From contig OZ241841.1 of the NCBI GenBank assembly GCA_965202665.1, positions 1,996,189-2,060,188 of the forward strand: 64,000 nt of DNA, in the 5' to 3' direction. Under the pieces are notes generated by a model. The model worked only from the letters and a program-made list of their open reading frames with translations. It was not told the origin of the DNA and ran no database searches. The position numbers and the translations under genes were made by a program. The stretch is from Candidatus Spongiisociaceae bacterium. Lineage in GTDB: Bacteria; Actinomycetota; Acidimicrobiia; Spongiisociales; Spongiisociaceae. How positions within the stretch are numbered: the stretch's first letter is position 1; the number at the start of each line of letters is the position of its first letter. Below are positions 30,501 through 42,767 of this stretch, in pieces.

Positions 30501-30993
30501 CCAGACCGGCAGGCCGTTCGACACCCCGGTCACGGTCGGCTACCTGTACCTGCTGAAACTGGCCCACCTGGTGGATCACAAGATTCACGCCCGCTCCACC
30601 GGCCCCTACTCCATGATCACCCAGCAACCGATTGGGGGGAAGGCCCAGTTCGGCGGACAACGGTTCGGGGAAATGGAGGTGTGGGCCCTGGAAGCCTACG
30701 GGGCCGCCTACGCCTTGCAGGAGTTGCTCACCATCAAATCGGACGATGTGTTGGGACGGGTCAAGGTGTACGAGGCGATCGTGAAAGGCGACAACATCCC
30801 CGAACCGAGCATTCCCGAATCTTTCAAAGTGCTCATCAAGGAAATGCAGAGCCTGTGCCTGAACGTGGAACTGTTGTCGGTGGGCGAAGAGGTGGACCTG
30901 CAGGAGCTGAGCGAAAAAAGCGACGAAGCGTACCGCACGGCTGAGGATCTGGGCATCGATATGTCCCGTCCTGAGAAGCGGGAGGAAAACTGA
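27565..30993 (+). CDS. rpoB: DNA-directed RNA polymerase subunit beta
   Basis: RpoB-wide similarity. Start at the internal ATG with an AAGGAGG RBS ([20 protein letters not shown]). Confidence 0.95.
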   Translation: MLLAAIRVADRLSFSQIREVVPLPDLLSVQHDSFRHFLEEGLGRIFEQISPIEDFSGMLALEIGDHQFGPAPLTPDEAKMQDANYARPLRFKARFINRNTGEIKEQEVFLGDFPMMTEKGTFIINGTERVVVSQLVRSPGIYYDRSVDKSTLKDLYSNKVIPGRGAWLEMDIDKKNTVGVRVDRKRRQYVTAFLRALGLAESDEQILAMFDGAGSIRNTLEQDPITDPEEALLDLYKKLRPGEPSTVESARGLVSQLFKNEKRYDLTPVGRYKVNQKFRNPDDFAAGDNLLQDEDIIDSIKYLVCLHAGEASMTSQLGMQVGVGVDDIDHFGNRRVRTVGELIQNQLRMGLARLERQARERMSTQESDAITPQSLVNIRPVVGAIKEFFGSSQLSQLMDQPNPLAGLTHRRRLSALGPGGLTRERAGFEVRDVHPSHYGRMCPIETPEGPNIGLIGSLATYARINPHGFIETPYHKVTDRKVSTKVEYLTASEEEQYVIAQANAPLDTDRVFVRDRVLVRRRDDDVAFVSPDEVDYMDVSPKQIVSVATSLIPFLEHDDANRALMGSNMQRQAVPLVRTESPLVGTGVEYWAARDSGEMLLSPAAGEVTLVSGDEVHIKEEGANRKHRLRLRKFERSNQGTSVNQKPVVTVGQKVKKDDILADGPSTAAGELALGKNLLTAFMPWKGHNFEDAIVVSERLVKDDVLTSVHIDEHEIEARDTRAGDEEITRDIPNVAEESLRNLDEDGIIRVGSVVEAGDYLVGKVAPKGDSEMTPEERLLRAIFGEKAREVRDVSLRVPHGESGKVIGVQVFSRDQGAENLNAGVSQKVRVYVASQRKISEGDKLAGRHGNKGVIAKVLPEEDMPFLADGTPVDIVLSPLGVPSRMNLGQVLETHLGWAAAQGWRPFDPQTGRPVESNGGPGKKPEKPSDGSPRWSRLATPVFDGAKEEQITNVIANSLPNRDGERLVNEDGKAILYDGQTGRPFDTPVTVGYLYLLKLAHLVDHKIHARSTGPYSMITQQPIGGKAQFGGQRFGEMEVWALEAYGAAYALQELLTIKSDDVLGRVKVYEAIVKGDNIPEPSIPESFKVLIKEMQSLCLNVELLSVGEEVDLQELSEKSDEAYRTAEDLGIDMSRPEKREEN

Positions 30994-31068
30994 CCCCTTC
31001 CCATCGACTGGAATGGGTCGGAACGGAAAGTCGAAATTTAGACGAAACACGGCGGCGAAAGGAGCAGT

Positions 31069-34000
31069 GTGCGCGAGCTGTTCGATGAACTGAAAATTGG
31101 TTTGGCGTCCTCCGATCAGGTGCGGTCCTGGTCGTTCGGGGAGGTGAAGAAGCCGGAGACCATCAACTACCGCAGCTTGAAGCCGGAGAAGGACGGGCTG
31201 TTCGACGAGCGCATTTTCGGTCCGCAGAAGGACTGGGAATGCTACTGCGGCAAATACAAGCGTTTTCGCTACCGGGGCATCGTGTGCGAAAAATGCGGCG
31301 TGGAGGTGACCCGCAAGGATGTGCGCCGGGATCGGATGGGCCACATCGACCTGGCCGCCCCGGTCACCCATATCTGGTTTTTCAAAGGAGTCCCCTCCCG
31401 GTTGGGGTATCTGCTGGACATGTCCCCCAAAAACCTGGAGATGATCATCTACTTTGCGGCCTACGTGATCACGGAAGTGGACGAAGGCAAACGGATGGTG
31501 GATCTGCCCGACCTGGAGGAGCAGATGCGGGCCGAGTTGGAAATTGTGGGGGAGGAGTTGGAGGAGTGGCGGTTGGAGCGGCTGTCCCGGTTGGAGAAGC
31601 AGGTGGAGCAGATGGAGGAGGCGGGGGCCAAGCTGGCGGAGGTGGCCACCGTGCGCCGCGAGGCGGAGCGGGAAATCAAGGATCGGGAGGAGAAAGCGGA
31701 GAAGGAACGCGAGTTGATCAAGGAGAGTTTTGCGGAATTTCGCGAGTTGCGTCCCAAAGATCTGGTGGAGCGGGAGGATTTGTGGAGGGAGATGCACGAA
31801 CGCTACTCGGCCTACTTCGATGGGGGAATGGGGGCGGAGGCGGTGAAGAAATTGCTGTCCAAGGTGGATTTGGACGCCGAGATGGAGGAGTTGCGGGAAG
31901 GTTTGCAATCATCGTCGGCGCAACGGAAACTGCGCTCCGGGCAACGTGTGAAGGTGGTGAAGCCCTTCTGGGAGGGCAAGCATTCGCCGGAGAGCATGAT
32001 TATAGAGGCGGTTCCGGTCATCCCGCCTGAGTTGCGACCCATGGTGCAGTTGGACGGGGGGCGCTTCGCCACCTCCGACCTGAATGACCTGTACCGGCGG
32101 GTGATTAACCGCAACAATCGCCTGAAGCGGCTGTTGGGGTTGAACGCCCCCGAGATCATCATCAACAACGAGAAGCGCATGTTGCAGGAGGCGGTGGACG
32201 CCCTGTTCGACAACGGGCGGCGGGGGCGGGCGGTGCCCGGTACCGGCAATCGTCCCTTGAAGTCTTTGACCGACATGTTGAAGGGCAAAGCGGGGCGGTT
32301 CCGGCAGAACCTGCTGGGGAAGCGAGTGGATTATTCCGGCCGGTCGGTGATCGTGGTGGGCCCGCAGTTGAAGTTGCATCAGTGCGGTTTGCCCAAGGTG
32401 ATGGCGTTGGAGTTGTTCAAGCCGTTCGTGATGAAGCGGCTGGTGGACCGGGATTTGGCGGCCGGCATCAAGGCGGCCAAGCGGATGGTGGAGCGGCAAC
32501 GTCCGCAGGTGTGGGACGTGTTGCGGGAGGTGATACAGGATCATCCGGTGTTGCTCAACCGGGCCCCCACTTTGCACCGGCTGGGGATTCAAGCTTTCGA
32601 ACCGTTGCTGGTGGAAGGCAAAGCCATACAGATTCATCCCCTGGTGTGCGAGGCTTTCAACGCCGACTTCGACGGGGATCAGATGGCGGTGCATCTCCCC
32701 TTGTCTCCGGAGGCGCAGGCCGAGGCGCGGGTGCTGATGCTGTCCACCAACAACGTACGTTCCCCGGCCAGCGGCCATCCCATCGTGTCCCCCTCCCAGG
32801 ACATGGTCATCGGCCTCTACTACCTGTCGGCGAATATCAAAAAAGAAGGCGCCTTGGGGACAGGCCGGTACTTTGCCGATCTGCCGGAGGCGTTGATGGC
32901 CTATGACTTGGGTGAGTTGGAAGTGCACGCCCCGATCAAAATTCGGATGGGCGATATGGCGGGCGACCCGCAGGTGCACGCCGAGCTGAAGGATCTGATC
33001 GGGTATCTGATCACCGACCAACCGGTGGATGGCCAGGTTCCGATGGACACCACTTTGGGCAAGGCCTTACTCAACCAAGCCCTGCCCGCCGATTTCCCGT
33101 TGATCGACGCTCCTTTGTTGAAGAGCGGCATCAAAGACCTGCTCGCTGAGATCATCGACCGCTACGACAAGGCGGTGGTGCAACGCACTCTGGACGGGCT
33201 CAAGGATTTGGGTTTCGCCTTTTCCACCCAGGCGGGGCTCACCGTGGGTTTGAACGATGTGACCACCCCGCTCGACAAGCCGAAGATACTTAACGAGGCG
33301 GAGGACAGGGCGCAGAAGAAGGAACGAGAGTACCAGCAGGGGAGCATTACCGCCCAGGAACGGGATCAGGAGTTAGTGGAGATTTGGAGCGAAGCCACCG
33401 AAGAGTTAACCCAGAAGGTGCGCACTTCCCTGTCCGATCAGGACTTCAACCCCATTGATATGATGATGAGCTCCGGCGCCCGGGGCAACATCATGCAGGT
33501 GCGCCAGATAGCCGGTATTCGCGGCTTGGTGGCTAACAACCGCGGACGCATCATCCCCCGGCCCATCAGGTCTAATTTCCGAGAGGGGATGACTGTGCTG
33601 GAGTATTTCATGTCCACGCACGGGGCCCGCAAAGGTCTGACCGACACCGCTCTGAAAACCGCCGACGCTGGTTATCTGACCCGCCGCCTGGTGGATGTGT
33701 CCCAAGAGATTATCGTCTCCGAAGAGGAATCGGAGGATCGGGGCATCGACATCCGCGTACGGGATGCAAAAGGCGATACCCTCCCCGACTTGCGCAACCG
33801 CATCTACGGGCGGGTGTTGGCCGAAGATGTGAAAGTGGATTACAAGTTGCGTATCACCCGCCCCGGTGATTCCAACTTCGAAGCTGGCCAAACCGTGGAG
33901 TTCACGAAGTTTGCGTCCGTCAAACGGGAGTTGTTGGAGGCTGGCAAAAAACCGGCCGAAGGTCGGCCGACGGGAGGTAAAACGGCCCTTACCAAGGATG

Positions 34001-35925
34001 GCGTGGCTCTGGAGGCGGGGGCGGTGATTGACCGCAAGGTGATGGTGGAACTGCAGGCTATGCCGGAAGTCGACTCGGTGCGGGTGCGTTCCCCGCTCAC
34101 CGACGAGATCCGGCACGGCATCAGCCGCGCTTCCTACGGGCTGAGCATGTCCACCAACCAACTGGCGGAACCGGGCGAGGCGGTGGGGGTGATGGCCGCC
34201 CAGTCCATCGGCGAGCCGGGCACGCAGCTGACCATGCGCACCTTTCATACCGGGGGGGTGGCCGATGAAACGGATATCACCCACGGCCTGCCCCGGGTGG
34301 TGGAGTTGTTCGAAGCCCGCTCCCCCAAGGGAAAGGCCATCTTGGCCGAGGCCAGCGGAAAAGTGCGCATTGACGATGGTGAAGAGGGGGTGCGCGCTTT
34401 GGTAATCGAATCCCCCCGGAGCGGGGAAGTCAAATACCGCTTGTCCCCCAACGCCCGGTTGCGGCCCGGGGTGCGAGAGGGGGGTGAAGTCGCCGCCGGA
34501 GATCAACTTACCGAAGGGCCGTTGGATCCCAAAGAGGTGTGCCTCATCAGAGGAGTGCGGGCCTGTCAGCAGTATCTGGTGGATCAGGTGCAGGATGTGT
34601 ACCGCAACCAGGGGGTGGAGATTCACGACAAGCACATCGAGCTGATCGTGCGGCAGATGTTGCGCAAAGTGCGCATCATCGAGCCCAACGACACCGATTT
34701 TCTGCCCATGCAGATGGTGGATCAGGGAGAGTTCCGGGACACCAACCGGGAGTTGGCGGCCGCGGGCAAGCAACCGGCCGAGGGCCGTCCGGAGCTGATG
34801 GGGATCACCAAGGCCTCGCTGGCTACCGAGTCCTGGTTGTCGGCCGCATCCTTCCAGGAAACCAGCCGCGTGCTCACCGAGGCGGCCATCAACGGACGCT
34901 CCGACTACCTGCGGGGACTGAAGGAGAACGTGATCATCGGCAAGCTGATTCCGGCCGGCACCGGTTCCGATGAATACCAGAAACTCCAACCCGAGCTGTC
35001 CCAGGCGCAGATAACACCCCCCTTGACCGGAGCCGACTGGTTGGCCGTGCGGGAGATGGAAGTATTCACCGAAGAGGTCGCCGGTGAGGCCGAGGATAAG
35101 GCCGCCCAAGCCGAGGAGGCCCGGGCCAGGGCGGAGGAGAAAAAGGCGGAGGTGAACGCCGCCACTGACGATGCCGAGAAATATACTTTGAGGAGGGAAA
35201 GAGACGAAGAATATGAACGGGCCGCCCGCTATGACCGGGAGGCGGCCGAGGAGGAGGAGCGGGCCGCGGCCCGCAAGTTGGCCCATGCCCAAGCGAAGGC
35301 GGAGGAGGCCGAGGAAGCCGAAGCGGCCGCCCAGGAGAAAGAGTTGGAACAGGCTCGCAAAGAGGCGGAAAAGGCCCGGCAAGCGGTGGAGAAGGCCCGG
35401 GAGAAGGAAGACAAGGCCGCCAAAACGCGCCGGGAGAGGGCCGCCAAAGAGGCGCAAAAATGGAAGGATCGGGCACAGCGGGCATTGCGAGAGGCCGAAG
35501 GGAAGCAGAAGCAGGTGGCTGATAAAACGGAGCAGGCTAAAGCCGCGCTGGATATAAGCGCAAAGGTGGATTTGGCGCGGCAGGTCGTGTCTGAATCCGA
35601 GAAGGTGATCCAAGGCGTACGGGAAGCGAGGAAAGCGGCAACGGTAGCCCAGGAGGCTGAAGTTAAGGCTGAGCTGGAAGATACAGAAGCGCCGCAGGTA
35701 ATAGAGGACGCCGAACAGGTGATCCTAGATGTGGAGCAAAAGGTTCAGGAGTTGCGGGCCTCGCTGGATGCTCCCCAACAGGATGCGGGAGCTATTGACA
35801 GATCCCTCGACGAGAACCGCGAGTCCTTGACGAGGATGGCCGTTACCTTGCAGAAGTTCACCGACTGGTTGAAAAAAATCGGCGAGCTCGTCGCCGATGC
35901 CCTAAAGAAACTGCTGGGAGGGTAA
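31069..35925 (+). CDS. rpoC: DNA-directed RNA polymerase subunit beta', carrying a ~330-aa K/E/A/R-rich coiled-coil C-terminal extension
   Basis: Canonical RpoC through ...[14 protein letters not shown] (about residue 1280), then a low-complexity charged tail to residue 1618. GTG start. Confidence 0.9.
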   Translation: MRELFDELKIGLASSDQVRSWSFGEVKKPETINYRSLKPEKDGLFDERIFGPQKDWECYCGKYKRFRYRGIVCEKCGVEVTRKDVRRDRMGHIDLAAPVTHIWFFKGVPSRLGYLLDMSPKNLEMIIYFAAYVITEVDEGKRMVDLPDLEEQMRAELEIVGEELEEWRLERLSRLEKQVEQMEEAGAKLAEVATVRREAEREIKDREEKAEKERELIKESFAEFRELRPKDLVEREDLWREMHERYSAYFDGGMGAEAVKKLLSKVDLDAEMEELREGLQSSSAQRKLRSGQRVKVVKPFWEGKHSPESMIIEAVPVIPPELRPMVQLDGGRFATSDLNDLYRRVINRNNRLKRLLGLNAPEIIINNEKRMLQEAVDALFDNGRRGRAVPGTGNRPLKSLTDMLKGKAGRFRQNLLGKRVDYSGRSVIVVGPQLKLHQCGLPKVMALELFKPFVMKRLVDRDLAAGIKAAKRMVERQRPQVWDVLREVIQDHPVLLNRAPTLHRLGIQAFEPLLVEGKAIQIHPLVCEAFNADFDGDQMAVHLPLSPEAQAEARVLMLSTNNVRSPASGHPIVSPSQDMVIGLYYLSANIKKEGALGTGRYFADLPEALMAYDLGELEVHAPIKIRMGDMAGDPQVHAELKDLIGYLITDQPVDGQVPMDTTLGKALLNQALPADFPLIDAPLLKSGIKDLLAEIIDRYDKAVVQRTLDGLKDLGFAFSTQAGLTVGLNDVTTPLDKPKILNEAEDRAQKKEREYQQGSITAQERDQELVEIWSEATEELTQKVRTSLSDQDFNPIDMMMSSGARGNIMQVRQIAGIRGLVANNRGRIIPRPIRSNFREGMTVLEYFMSTHGARKGLTDTALKTADAGYLTRRLVDVSQEIIVSEEESEDRGIDIRVRDAKGDTLPDLRNRIYGRVLAEDVKVDYKLRITRPGDSNFEAGQTVEFTKFASVKRELLEAGKKPAEGRPTGGKTALTKDGVALEAGAVIDRKVMVELQAMPEVDSVRVRSPLTDEIRHGISRASYGLSMSTNQLAEPGEAVGVMAAQSIGEPGTQLTMRTFHTGGVADETDITHGLPRVVELFEARSPKGKAILAEASGKVRIDDGEEGVRALVIESPRSGEVKYRLSPNARLRPGVREGGEVAAGDQLTEGPLDPKEVCLIRGVRACQQYLVDQVQDVYRNQGVEIHDKHIELIVRQMLRKVRIIEPNDTDFLPMQMVDQGEFRDTNRELAAAGKQPAEGRPELMGITKASLATESWLSAASFQETSRVLTEAAINGRSDYLRGLKENVIIGKLIPAGTGSDEYQKLQPELSQAQITPPLTGADWLAVREMEVFTEEVAGEAEDKAAQAEEARARAEEKKAEVNAATDDAEKYTLRRERDEEYERAARYDREAAEEEERAAARKLAHAQAKAEEAEEAEAAAQEKELEQARKEAEKARQAVEKAREKEDKAAKTRRERAAKEAQKWKDRAQRALREAEGKQKQVADKTEQAKAALDISAKVDLARQVVSESEKVIQGVREARKAATVAQEAEVKAELEDTEAPQVIEDAEQVILDVEQKVQELRASLDAPQQDAGAIDRSLDENRESLTRMAVTLQKFTDWLKKIGELVADALKKLLGG

Positions 35926-35927
35926 GA

Positions 35928-36284
35928 TTGTCGTACGGGGAATCTCTTAACCCGCTTCAGCTTTTTGGGGCGGCGCCCTTCGCTGGCCACGAGGGCAATC
36001 CGGCGGACTTCTCCCGTACGCTTAACGCTGTTCGGATTGGCGTTTCATGGAAGGGTCCTTTCAGTGATGCCATACAACTCATCGAGGCCGCTACTAAGTT
36101 GCCCGTGACGGCCGGCGGGGAGTTGGAGGGGCATATGGCGATCGCGGCGGGGAAAGCCATCGAGGCGGTAATGGGGCAAGTCTTTGAACTGCAGGCGGAG
36201 GCGCGCCGGTGCTTTTCTGCGGAGGCCATCGCCCATGCCGAGCGATGGCTGGCGGAAAACAGCCCCGCTGGAAACGGACGATGA
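35928..36284 (+). CDS. hypothetical protein (118 aa) immediately downstream of rpoC
   Basis: Open frame with a TTG start 3 nt after the rpoC stop. No recognisable motif. Its 5' part has atypical AT-richer codons. Confidence 0.25.
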   Translation: MSYGESLNPLQLFGAAPFAGHEGNPADFSRTLNAVRIGVSWKGPFSDAIQLIEAATKLPVTAGGELEGHMAIAAGKAIEAVMGQVFELQAEARRCFSAEAIAHAERWLAENSPAGNGR

Positions 36285-36316
36285 GGCGCGTGGCGGTTGC
36301 GAAAGGGGTCCCTGTT

Positions 36317-36346
36317 TTGACATAGCGGCGGGCCGGTCTGTATAAT
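36317..36346 (+). promoter_or_regulatory. consensus sigma-70/SigA-type promoter of the rpsL-rpsG-fusA-tuf operon
   Basis: TTGACA (36317-36322), 18 nt, TATAAT (36341-36346). Followed by a ~190-nt leader before rpsL. Confidence 0.55.
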
Positions 36347-36535
36347 GCGGGCCGTGCTTGCGCACATATTTACTCTCGTGCCCTGAGGGCCGGTGGTCCC
36401 GCCGCTGGCAACCGCAAGGTGGCGGGAACCCACACAAGAGAGTTGGCGCGTCGCATCGCCGGCGGGCCGATTACAGAAAACGAACGGGCAGGGTTGCCCG
36501 CGTCTTGCGCGCCTGCCCGCCCGCGAGGAGCAATT

Positions 36536-36907
36536 TTGCCAACCATACAACAGTTGGTGCGCCGGGGCCGCAAGCCCAAGGCGCGCAAGGAGAAGACGCC
36601 GGGTCTGGCCGGTTCCCCCCAGCGGCGGGGGGTGTGCACCCGCGTCTACATCATCACCCCCAAAAAGCCCAACTCCGCCCAGCGCAAAGCGTGCCGGGTG
36701 CGGCTCACCTCGGGAGTGGAGGTGACCGCCTACATCCCCGGCGAGGGGCACAACCTGCAGGAGCATTCCATCGTGCTCATCCGGGGCGGCCGGGTGCGCG
36801 ACTTGCCCGGGGTGCGTTACAAGGTCATCCGGGGGGCTTTGGATGCGGCCGGCGTGGACGGCCGCCGTCAGGCCCGTTCCCGCTACGGAACGAAACGGGA
36901 GCGATAA
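36536..36907 (+). CDS. rpsL: 30S ribosomal protein S12
   Basis: [12 protein letters not shown]...; TTG start after a GAGGAG RBS. Confidence 0.9.
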   Translation: MPTIQQLVRRGRKPKARKEKTPGLAGSPQRRGVCTRVYIITPKKPNSAQRKACRVRLTSGVEVTAYIPGEGHNLQEHSIVLIRGGRVRDLPGVRYKVIRGALDAAGVDGRRQARSRYGTKRER

Positions 36908-36908
36908 G

Positions 36909-37376
36909 ATGCGCCGCGCCCCCGCTCAACGCCGCCAGATCGAACCGGATCCGTTGTTCCGCAACATGCTGGTATCCCAGATAATCAACCAGGTTTTGCT
37001 GCGGGGCAAAAAGAACAAAGCCCGGCGCATCGTCTACGGGGCCTTGGAGTTGGTGGAAAGCCGCAGCGGCCAGGATTCCATACAGGTGTTGAAGCGGGCC
37101 ATCGACAACCTCCGTCCGCAGGTGGAGGTGCGCACCCGCCGGGTGGGGGGCACCTCCTACCAGGTGCCGATGGACGTCCGCCCCCGCCGCGCCTCCACTT
37201 TGGCCATCCGCTGGCTGATCGGGTTCGCCCGCCGCCGCCGGGAGAAGTCCATGGCCCATCGGCTGGCCGCCGAAATTATGGATGCCGCCAACAACACCGG
37301 GGCGGCCGTCAAACGCAAAGAAGACGTCCACAAGATGGCCGAATCCAACAAGGCCTTCGCCCACTACCGCTGGTAA
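36909..37376 (+). CDS. rpsG: 30S ribosomal protein S7
   Basis: [17 protein letters not shown]... Confidence 0.9.
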   Translation: MRRAPAQRRQIEPDPLFRNMLVSQIINQVLLRGKKNKARRIVYGALELVESRSGQDSIQVLKRAIDNLRPQVEVRTRRVGGTSYQVPMDVRPRRASTLAIRWLIGFARRRREKSMAHRLAAEIMDAANNTGAAVKRKEDVHKMAESNKAFAHYRW

Positions 37377-37380
37377 GACA

Positions 37381-39483
37381 ATGAGCTCCCCCCTTGCCCG
37401 ACTCCGTCAGTTTCCGCTGAGCCGCACTCGCAACATCGGGATCATGGCCCATATCGACGCCGGCAAGACCACCCTCACCGAGCGGGTCCTCTACTACACC
37501 GGACGCACCTACAAGTTGGGCGAGGTGCACGAGGGGGCGGCGGTGATGGACTGGATGGAGCAGGAGCAGGAGCGGGGCATCACCATCACCTCCGCCGCCA
37601 CCACCTGCGAGTGGCATGAGCATTGGATCAACATCATCGACACCCCCGGCCATGTGGATTTCACCGTGGAGGTGGAACGTTCCTTGCGGGTGCTGGATGG
37701 GGCGGTGGCCGTCTTCGACGCGGTGGCCGGCGTGGAGCCGCAGTCGGAGACTGTTTGGCGGCAGGCCGACCGCTACGAGGTGCCCCGCATCTGTTTCATC
37801 AACAAGATGGACCGGGTGGGGGCCGACTTCTACGCGGCCGTGGATTCCATCCGTGACCGGTTGGACGCCGTTCCGCTGGTGATGCAGATCCCGATCGGCT
37901 CCGAAGCCGGGTTCACCGGGGTGGTGGACCTGGTGGAGATGAGGGCGCACACCTGGCAGGGCGACGACGGCCGCACTTGGAACACCGGCCCCATCCCCGA
38001 TGAATATCTGGCGACCGCCTCCGAATACCGGGGCCGGATGCTGGAGCAGGTGGCGGAAGTCGACGAGAAACTGCTGGAGAAGTACCTGGAGGACTTGGAC
38101 ATTTCCCCGGGCGAGATCACCATGGCGGTGCGGGCGGGCGTCCTGCAACATTTATTCAATCCGGTGCTGTGCGGGGCCGCTTTCAAAAACAAGGGAGTGC
38201 AACTGTTGCTGGACGCGGTGGTGGATTACCTGCCCAGCCCGGTGGACCTGCCCGCCGTGTCCGGGTTCGTCCCCGGTCGCGAGGATCAGACTTTGCATCG
38301 CCCCCCCGCCGACGACCAGCCCTTCTCCGCCTTGGCCTTCAAAGTGATCAGCGACCCGCATGTGGGCAAACTCACCTATTTCCGAGTTTATTCCGGCCAA
38401 GCCTCCAAGGGCGGAACCCTGCTCAACACCGCCAGCGGGCGCAAGGAACGGCTGGGACGCCTGTTGCGCATGCACGCCAACCATCGGGAGGACCGGGAGG
38501 ATGTGTTCACCGGCGATATCGTGGCCGCGGTGGGACTGAAGCACACCACCACCGGCGACACCCTCAGCTCCGTGCGGGACCCGATCGCCTTGGAGTCGAT
38601 GTCCTTTCCGGCTCCGGTGATTTCGGTGGCTATCGAACCCCGTTCCAAGGCCGACCAGGAAAAATTGTCCGAGTCACTCAGCCGGTTGGCCGAAGAGGAC
38701 CCCACCTTTTTGGTGCGCTCCGACGAAGAAACCGGGCAGACCATCATCTCCGGGATGGGCGAGTTGCATTTGGACATCTTGGTGGACCGGCTGGTGCGGG
38801 AGTTTCGGGTGGACGCCAATGTGGGCCGCCCGCAGGTGGCCTACCGGGAAACCATCCGCGGCCCGGTGGAGAAGATGGAGGTGCGCCATATCAAGCAGAG
38901 CGGCGGCCGGGGCCAGTATGCGGTGGTGGTCGTTTCTTTGGAGCCCACCGGTCCCGGGGGCGGCTTCGAGTTCGTGGACGAAATCAAAGGAGGCTCGGTT
39001 CCCCGCGAGTTCATCCCCTCCGTCTCGGCCGGCATCCAAAACGCCCTGGACCAGGGGGTGCTGGCCGGCTATCCGCTGGTGGACGTACGGGCCCGCTTGG
39101 TGGACGGCTCCGCCCACGATGTTGATTCCTCGGAGATGGCTTTCCGCATCGCCGGGTCCCTGGCCCTGCGGGAAGCGGCCCGCCGGGCGGGCGTCAAAAT
39201 GCTGGAGCCGGTGATGGCGGTGGAGGTGGTCACCCCCGAGGAATATATGGGGGAGGTCATCGGCGACCTATCCGCCCGGCGGGGTAGAATAGGGGAAACC
39301 AACCAGCGGGGTTCGGTGCGGGTGGTAACCGCCCGGGTTCCGTTGGCCGAAATGTTCGGATACGTGACCGACCTGCGGTCCAAGACCCAGGGCCGGGCCA
39401 CTTCCACCATGCAATTTCATTCATACGACGACGTGCCCGAGCAGGTCGCCGGCGAGATAGTAGCCGCCGCCCGCGGCGAATAG
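37381..39483 (+). CDS. fusA: elongation factor G
   Basis: [19 protein letters not shown]...; native C-ending codon usage. Confidence 0.95.
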   Translation: MSSPLARLRQFPLSRTRNIGIMAHIDAGKTTLTERVLYYTGRTYKLGEVHEGAAVMDWMEQEQERGITITSAATTCEWHEHWINIIDTPGHVDFTVEVERSLRVLDGAVAVFDAVAGVEPQSETVWRQADRYEVPRICFINKMDRVGADFYAAVDSIRDRLDAVPLVMQIPIGSEAGFTGVVDLVEMRAHTWQGDDGRTWNTGPIPDEYLATASEYRGRMLEQVAEVDEKLLEKYLEDLDISPGEITMAVRAGVLQHLFNPVLCGAAFKNKGVQLLLDAVVDYLPSPVDLPAVSGFVPGREDQTLHRPPADDQPFSALAFKVISDPHVGKLTYFRVYSGQASKGGTLLNTASGRKERLGRLLRMHANHREDREDVFTGDIVAAVGLKHTTTGDTLSSVRDPIALESMSFPAPVISVAIEPRSKADQEKLSESLSRLAEEDPTFLVRSDEETGQTIISGMGELHLDILVDRLVREFRVDANVGRPQVAYRETIRGPVEKMEVRHIKQSGGRGQYAVVVVSLEPTGPGGGFEFVDEIKGGSVPREFIPSVSAGIQNALDQGVLAGYPLVDVRARLVDGSAHDVDSSEMAFRIAGSLALREAARRAGVKMLEPVMAVEVVTPEEYMGEVIGDLSARRGRIGETNQRGSVRVVTARVPLAEMFGYVTDLRSKTQGRATSTMQFHSYDDVPEQVAGEIVAAARGE

Positions 39484-39500
39484 AACAGGAGGTAAGGGAA

Positions 39501-40691
39501 ATGGGGAAGCCGAGGTTTGAGCGTTCGAAGCCGCATGTGAATGTGGGGACGATGGGTCATATTGATCATGGGAAGACGACGTTGACGGCGGCGGTGACGC
39601 GGGTGTTGGCGGAGCGGGTGGGGGGTGTGAATGTTTTTTCGGCGTTTGATGAGATTGATAAGGCTCCGGAGGAGCGGGAGCGGGGGATTACGATTTCGAT
39701 TGCGCATGTGGAGTATGAGACGGAGAGTAGGCATTATGCGCATGTGGATATGCCGGGGCATGCGGATTATATTAAGAATATGATTACGGGGGCGGCGCAG
39801 GTGGATGGGGCGGTGTTGGTGGTGTCGGCGGCGGATGGTCCGATGCCGCAGACGAGGGAGCATGTGTTGTTGGCGAGGCAGGTGGGGGTGCCGTGTGTGG
39901 TGGTGGCGTTGAATAAGGTGGATTTGGTGGATGATGGGGAGTTGTTGGATTTGGTGGAGTTGGAGGTGCGGGAGTTGTTGGGGGAGTATGGGTTTGATGG
40001 GGATGGGGCTCCGGTGGTGCGGGTGTCGGCGTTGGGGGCGTTGGAGGGTGATGTGGGGGCGGGGGATGGGGTGATGGAGTTGTTGGGGGCGGTGGATGAG
40101 TTTGTGCCGGTGCCGGAGCGGCCGGTGGATTTGCCGTTTTTGATGCCGATTGAGGATGTGTTTTCGATTACGGGGCGGGGGACGGTGGTGACGGGGAAGG
40201 TGGAGGCGGGGGTGTTGCGGGTGGGGGGGGATGTGGAGGTGGTGGGGATTAGGGAGACGAGGAGGTCGGTGGCGACGGGGGTGGAGATGTTTCGTAAGTT
40301 GTTGGATGAGGGGAGGGCGGGGGATAATGTGGGGGTGTTGTTGCGGGGGGTGGGGAAGGATGAGGTGGAGCGGGGGCAGGTGTTGGCGGCTCCGGGGTCG
40401 ATTACGCCGCATACGGTGTTTGAGGCGCAGGTGTATGTGTTGACGAAGGAGGAGGGGGGGAGGCATAATCCGTTTTTCTCGGGTTATCAGCCGCAGTTTT
40501 ATTTTAGGACGACGGATGTGACGGGGAAGGTGGAGTTGCCTGGGGGGGTGGAGATGGTGATGCCGGGTGATAACACGACGATGACGGTCACGTTGGGGTC
40601 TCCTATTGCGATGGACGAGGGTTTGCGGTTCGCCATCCGGGAGGGGGGCCGCACGGTGGGGGCGGGCACCGTCACCCAAATCCACAAGTAA
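39501..40691 (+). CDS. tuf: elongation factor Tu, with grossly anomalous synonymous codon usage (third positions almost all G or T)
   Basis: Canonical EF-Tu protein ([29 protein letters not shown]). The nucleotide sequence uses essentially one G- or T-ending codon per amino acid for about 370 codons. Confidence 0.95.
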   Translation: MGKPRFERSKPHVNVGTMGHIDHGKTTLTAAVTRVLAERVGGVNVFSAFDEIDKAPEERERGITISIAHVEYETESRHYAHVDMPGHADYIKNMITGAAQVDGAVLVVSAADGPMPQTREHVLLARQVGVPCVVVALNKVDLVDDGELLDLVELEVRELLGEYGFDGDGAPVVRVSALGALEGDVGAGDGVMELLGAVDEFVPVPERPVDLPFLMPIEDVFSITGRGTVVTGKVEAGVLRVGGDVEVVGIRETRRSVATGVEMFRKLLDEGRAGDNVGVLLRGVGKDEVERGQVLAAPGSITPHTVFEAQVYVLTKEEGGRHNPFFSGYQPQFYFRTTDVTGKVELPGGVEMVMPGDNTTMTVTLGSPIAMDEGLRFAIREGGRTVGAGTVTQIHK

Positions 40692-40719
40692 CCGACAAGA
40701 ACCGAACGGGAACGGGAAG

Positions 40720-41028
40720 ATGAAAAACTACAAGATCCGCATCAAACTGAAGGCGTACGATCACCAGGTGATCGACGAGTCGGCGCGCAAGATCGCCGAA
40801 ACCGTTATCCGCACCCAAGCCACCGTGCGCGGCCCCATCCCCCTTCCCACCAAGATCCAGCGCTACTGCGTCATACGTTCCCCGCACGTTTATAAAGACT
40901 CCCGCGAGCATTTTGAGATACGAACCCACAAGCGGCTGTTGGACATCCTCGATCCCACCCCCAACACGGTGGAGTCCCTGATGCGCTTGGACCTGCCCGC
41001 CGGGGTGGAAGCGGAGATCGAGACATGA
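40720..41028 (+). CDS. rpsJ: 30S ribosomal protein S10
   Basis: [15 protein letters not shown]... Confidence 0.9.
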   Translation: MKNYKIRIKLKAYDHQVIDESARKIAETVIRTQATVRGPIPLPTKIQRYCVIRSPHVYKDSREHFEIRTHKRLLDILDPTPNTVESLMRLDLPAGVEAEIET

Positions 41029-41660
41029 GTTTGACCACCATTGTCGGCGAAAAGGTGGGGATGACGCAGATCTTCGATGAGGAGGCGCGGGCCCTCCCGG
41101 TAACGGTTATCAAAGCCGGCCCCTGCCGTATCGTCCAGATACGCACCCCCGAAACCGACGGCTATTCCGCCGTCCAGCTCGGTTACGGCCAAGCCCGCGG
41201 CGCCAATCGCCCCGTTTCCGGTCATTACGCCAAAGCCGGGGTGGAGCCCGCCCGGCGGTTGGTGGAAGTGCGGGTGGACGATGTTTCCGAGTTTGCGGTG
41301 GGGCAGGAGATCAAGGTGGAGGACATTTTCCAGCCGGGCGGCAAGGCGGATGTAACCGGCGTTTCCAAAGGCAAAGGTTTCCAGGGGGTGATGAAACGAC
41401 ACAACTTCCGGGGTCAGAAGGCCAGCCACGGCGCCCACAAAATCCATCGCGCTCCGGGGGCCATCGGGGCTTGCGCCACCCCCGCCCGGGTGTTCAAAGG
41501 AACCAAGTTGCCGGGCCGCATGGGGGCGGAGCGGGTCACCGTCCTCAACTTGGCGGTGGTGGGCGTGGACGCCGAACAGGGCCTGCTTTTACTGCAGGGG
41601 GCGGTGCCCGGCCCCAAAGGGGCGATGGTGTTCGTGCGGGAGGCGGTCAAGAATGCCTGA
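41025..41660 (+). CDS. rplC: 50S ribosomal protein L3
   Basis: L3 similarity, 211 aa. Confidence 0.9.
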   Translation: MSLTTIVGEKVGMTQIFDEEARALPVTVIKAGPCRIVQIRTPETDGYSAVQLGYGQARGANRPVSGHYAKAGVEPARRLVEVRVDDVSEFAVGQEIKVEDIFQPGGKADVTGVSKGKGFQGVMKRHNFRGQKASHGAHKIHRAPGAIGACATPARVFKGTKLPGRMGAERVTVLNLAVVGVDAEQGLLLLQGAVPGPKGAMVFVREAVKNA

Positions 41661-42486
41661 TCTGTCCGCCCCCCTCTACGATTCCGCCGGAACCGAAAAG
41701 GGAGAGGTGGAGTTGGACGCCGACCTGTTCGGGGTGGAACCCAACCGGGCGGTGATGCACCAGGCGACGGTGGCCTATTTGGCGGGACGGCGGTCGGGAA
41801 CCGCCAAAGTCAAATCCCGCTCCGAAGTGCGGGGGGGAGGCCGCAAGCCTTGGCGGCAGAAAGGTTTGGGACGGTCCCGGCACGGGTCCATCCGCTCGCC
41901 CCTGTGGGTGGGGGGCGGCTCCGCTCACGGACCCCGGCCCCGCACCTACGCCCAGCGCACCCCCAAGAAGATGCGCGGCTTGGCCCTGCGCAGCGCCCTG
42001 TCCTGCCGGGCGGCGGAAGGGGCGGTGAAAGTGGTGGAAGATTTTGAATGGGACGTCCCCCGCACCCGGCGGGCGGCCGAGTTGCTAGCCGCCATCGGGG
42101 CGGACGGCAAGGCCTTGGTGGTGTTGGCCGGCGGGCAGGGGACGGCCGAAGCCTCTTTCCGCAACCTGCCGCAGGTGATTTTGGGCCGGGCGGGCCACCT
42201 TAACGCCTATGACGTGCTCTGGTCGGACACGGTGGTGTTTTCCGGTTCGGCCCTGTCCTATCCGGATCCGTTCGTCGCTCCCGGACAGGAAGCAGTCCCC
42301 GCCGCCGATTCCGAAGAAGATGTTCCCCTCCCCGAATCTCCCCCAACCGGGGAAACCGATGAAGGCGAGGCCCCGGTTGCCGAAACTCCGCCCGCGGACT
42401 CCGATTCCGAATCAGATTCCGAATCTGCGCCGGAGGGCGGGGAAGAGGACTCCGGGGAAGAAGAAGAGGAGGGGGCGAATGTCTGA
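41653..42486 (+). CDS. rplD: 50S ribosomal protein L4, with acidic C-terminal extension
   Basis: L4 core plus a ~65-aa D/E/S-rich tail. Confidence 0.9.
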   Translation: MPDLSAPLYDSAGTEKGEVELDADLFGVEPNRAVMHQATVAYLAGRRSGTAKVKSRSEVRGGGRKPWRQKGLGRSRHGSIRSPLWVGGGSAHGPRPRTYAQRTPKKMRGLALRSALSCRAAEGAVKVVEDFEWDVPRTRRAAELLAAIGADGKALVVLAGGQGTAEASFRNLPQVILGRAGHLNAYDVLWSDTVVFSGSALSYPDPFVAPGQEAVPAADSEEDVPLPESPPTGETDEGEAPVAETPPADSDSESDSESAPEGGEEDSGEEEEEGANV

Positions 42487-42766
42487 TCCCCGCGACCTCA
42501 TCCTGGAGCCGGTGGTGTCGGAGAAGTCCTACGATCTCATCGAGCAACACAACACCTACACCTTTTTGGTGGATCGGCGGGCCACCAAAGATCAGATCCG
42601 CCACGCTATGGAGCGGATCTTCGATGTGCGGGTGGTCAAGGTCAACACCCTCATTCGCCGCGGCAAACGCAAGCGCACCCGATGGGTGATGGGGCGCCGT
42701 TCCGACATCAAGCGGGCCATGGTCACCTTGGCCCCCGGCGATTCCGTCGACGTGTTCGGGGTGTGA
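42479..42766 (+). CDS. rplW: 50S ribosomal protein L23
   Basis: [18 protein letters not shown]...; internal ATG overlapping the rplD stop. Confidence 0.9.
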   Translation: MSDPRDLILEPVVSEKSYDLIEQHNTYTFLVDRRATKDQIRHAMERIFDVRVVKVNTLIRRGKRKRTRWVMGRRSDIKRAMVTLAPGDSVDVFGV

Positions 42767-42767
42767 G

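Noticed and set aside
39417-40685. 422-aa minus-strand ORF (H/P/R/L-rich) exactly antisense to tuf
   Set aside because: Low-complexity translation with no motif. Its openness is a by-product of the recoded tuf lacking TTA/CTA/TCA codons, so it is not an independent gene.
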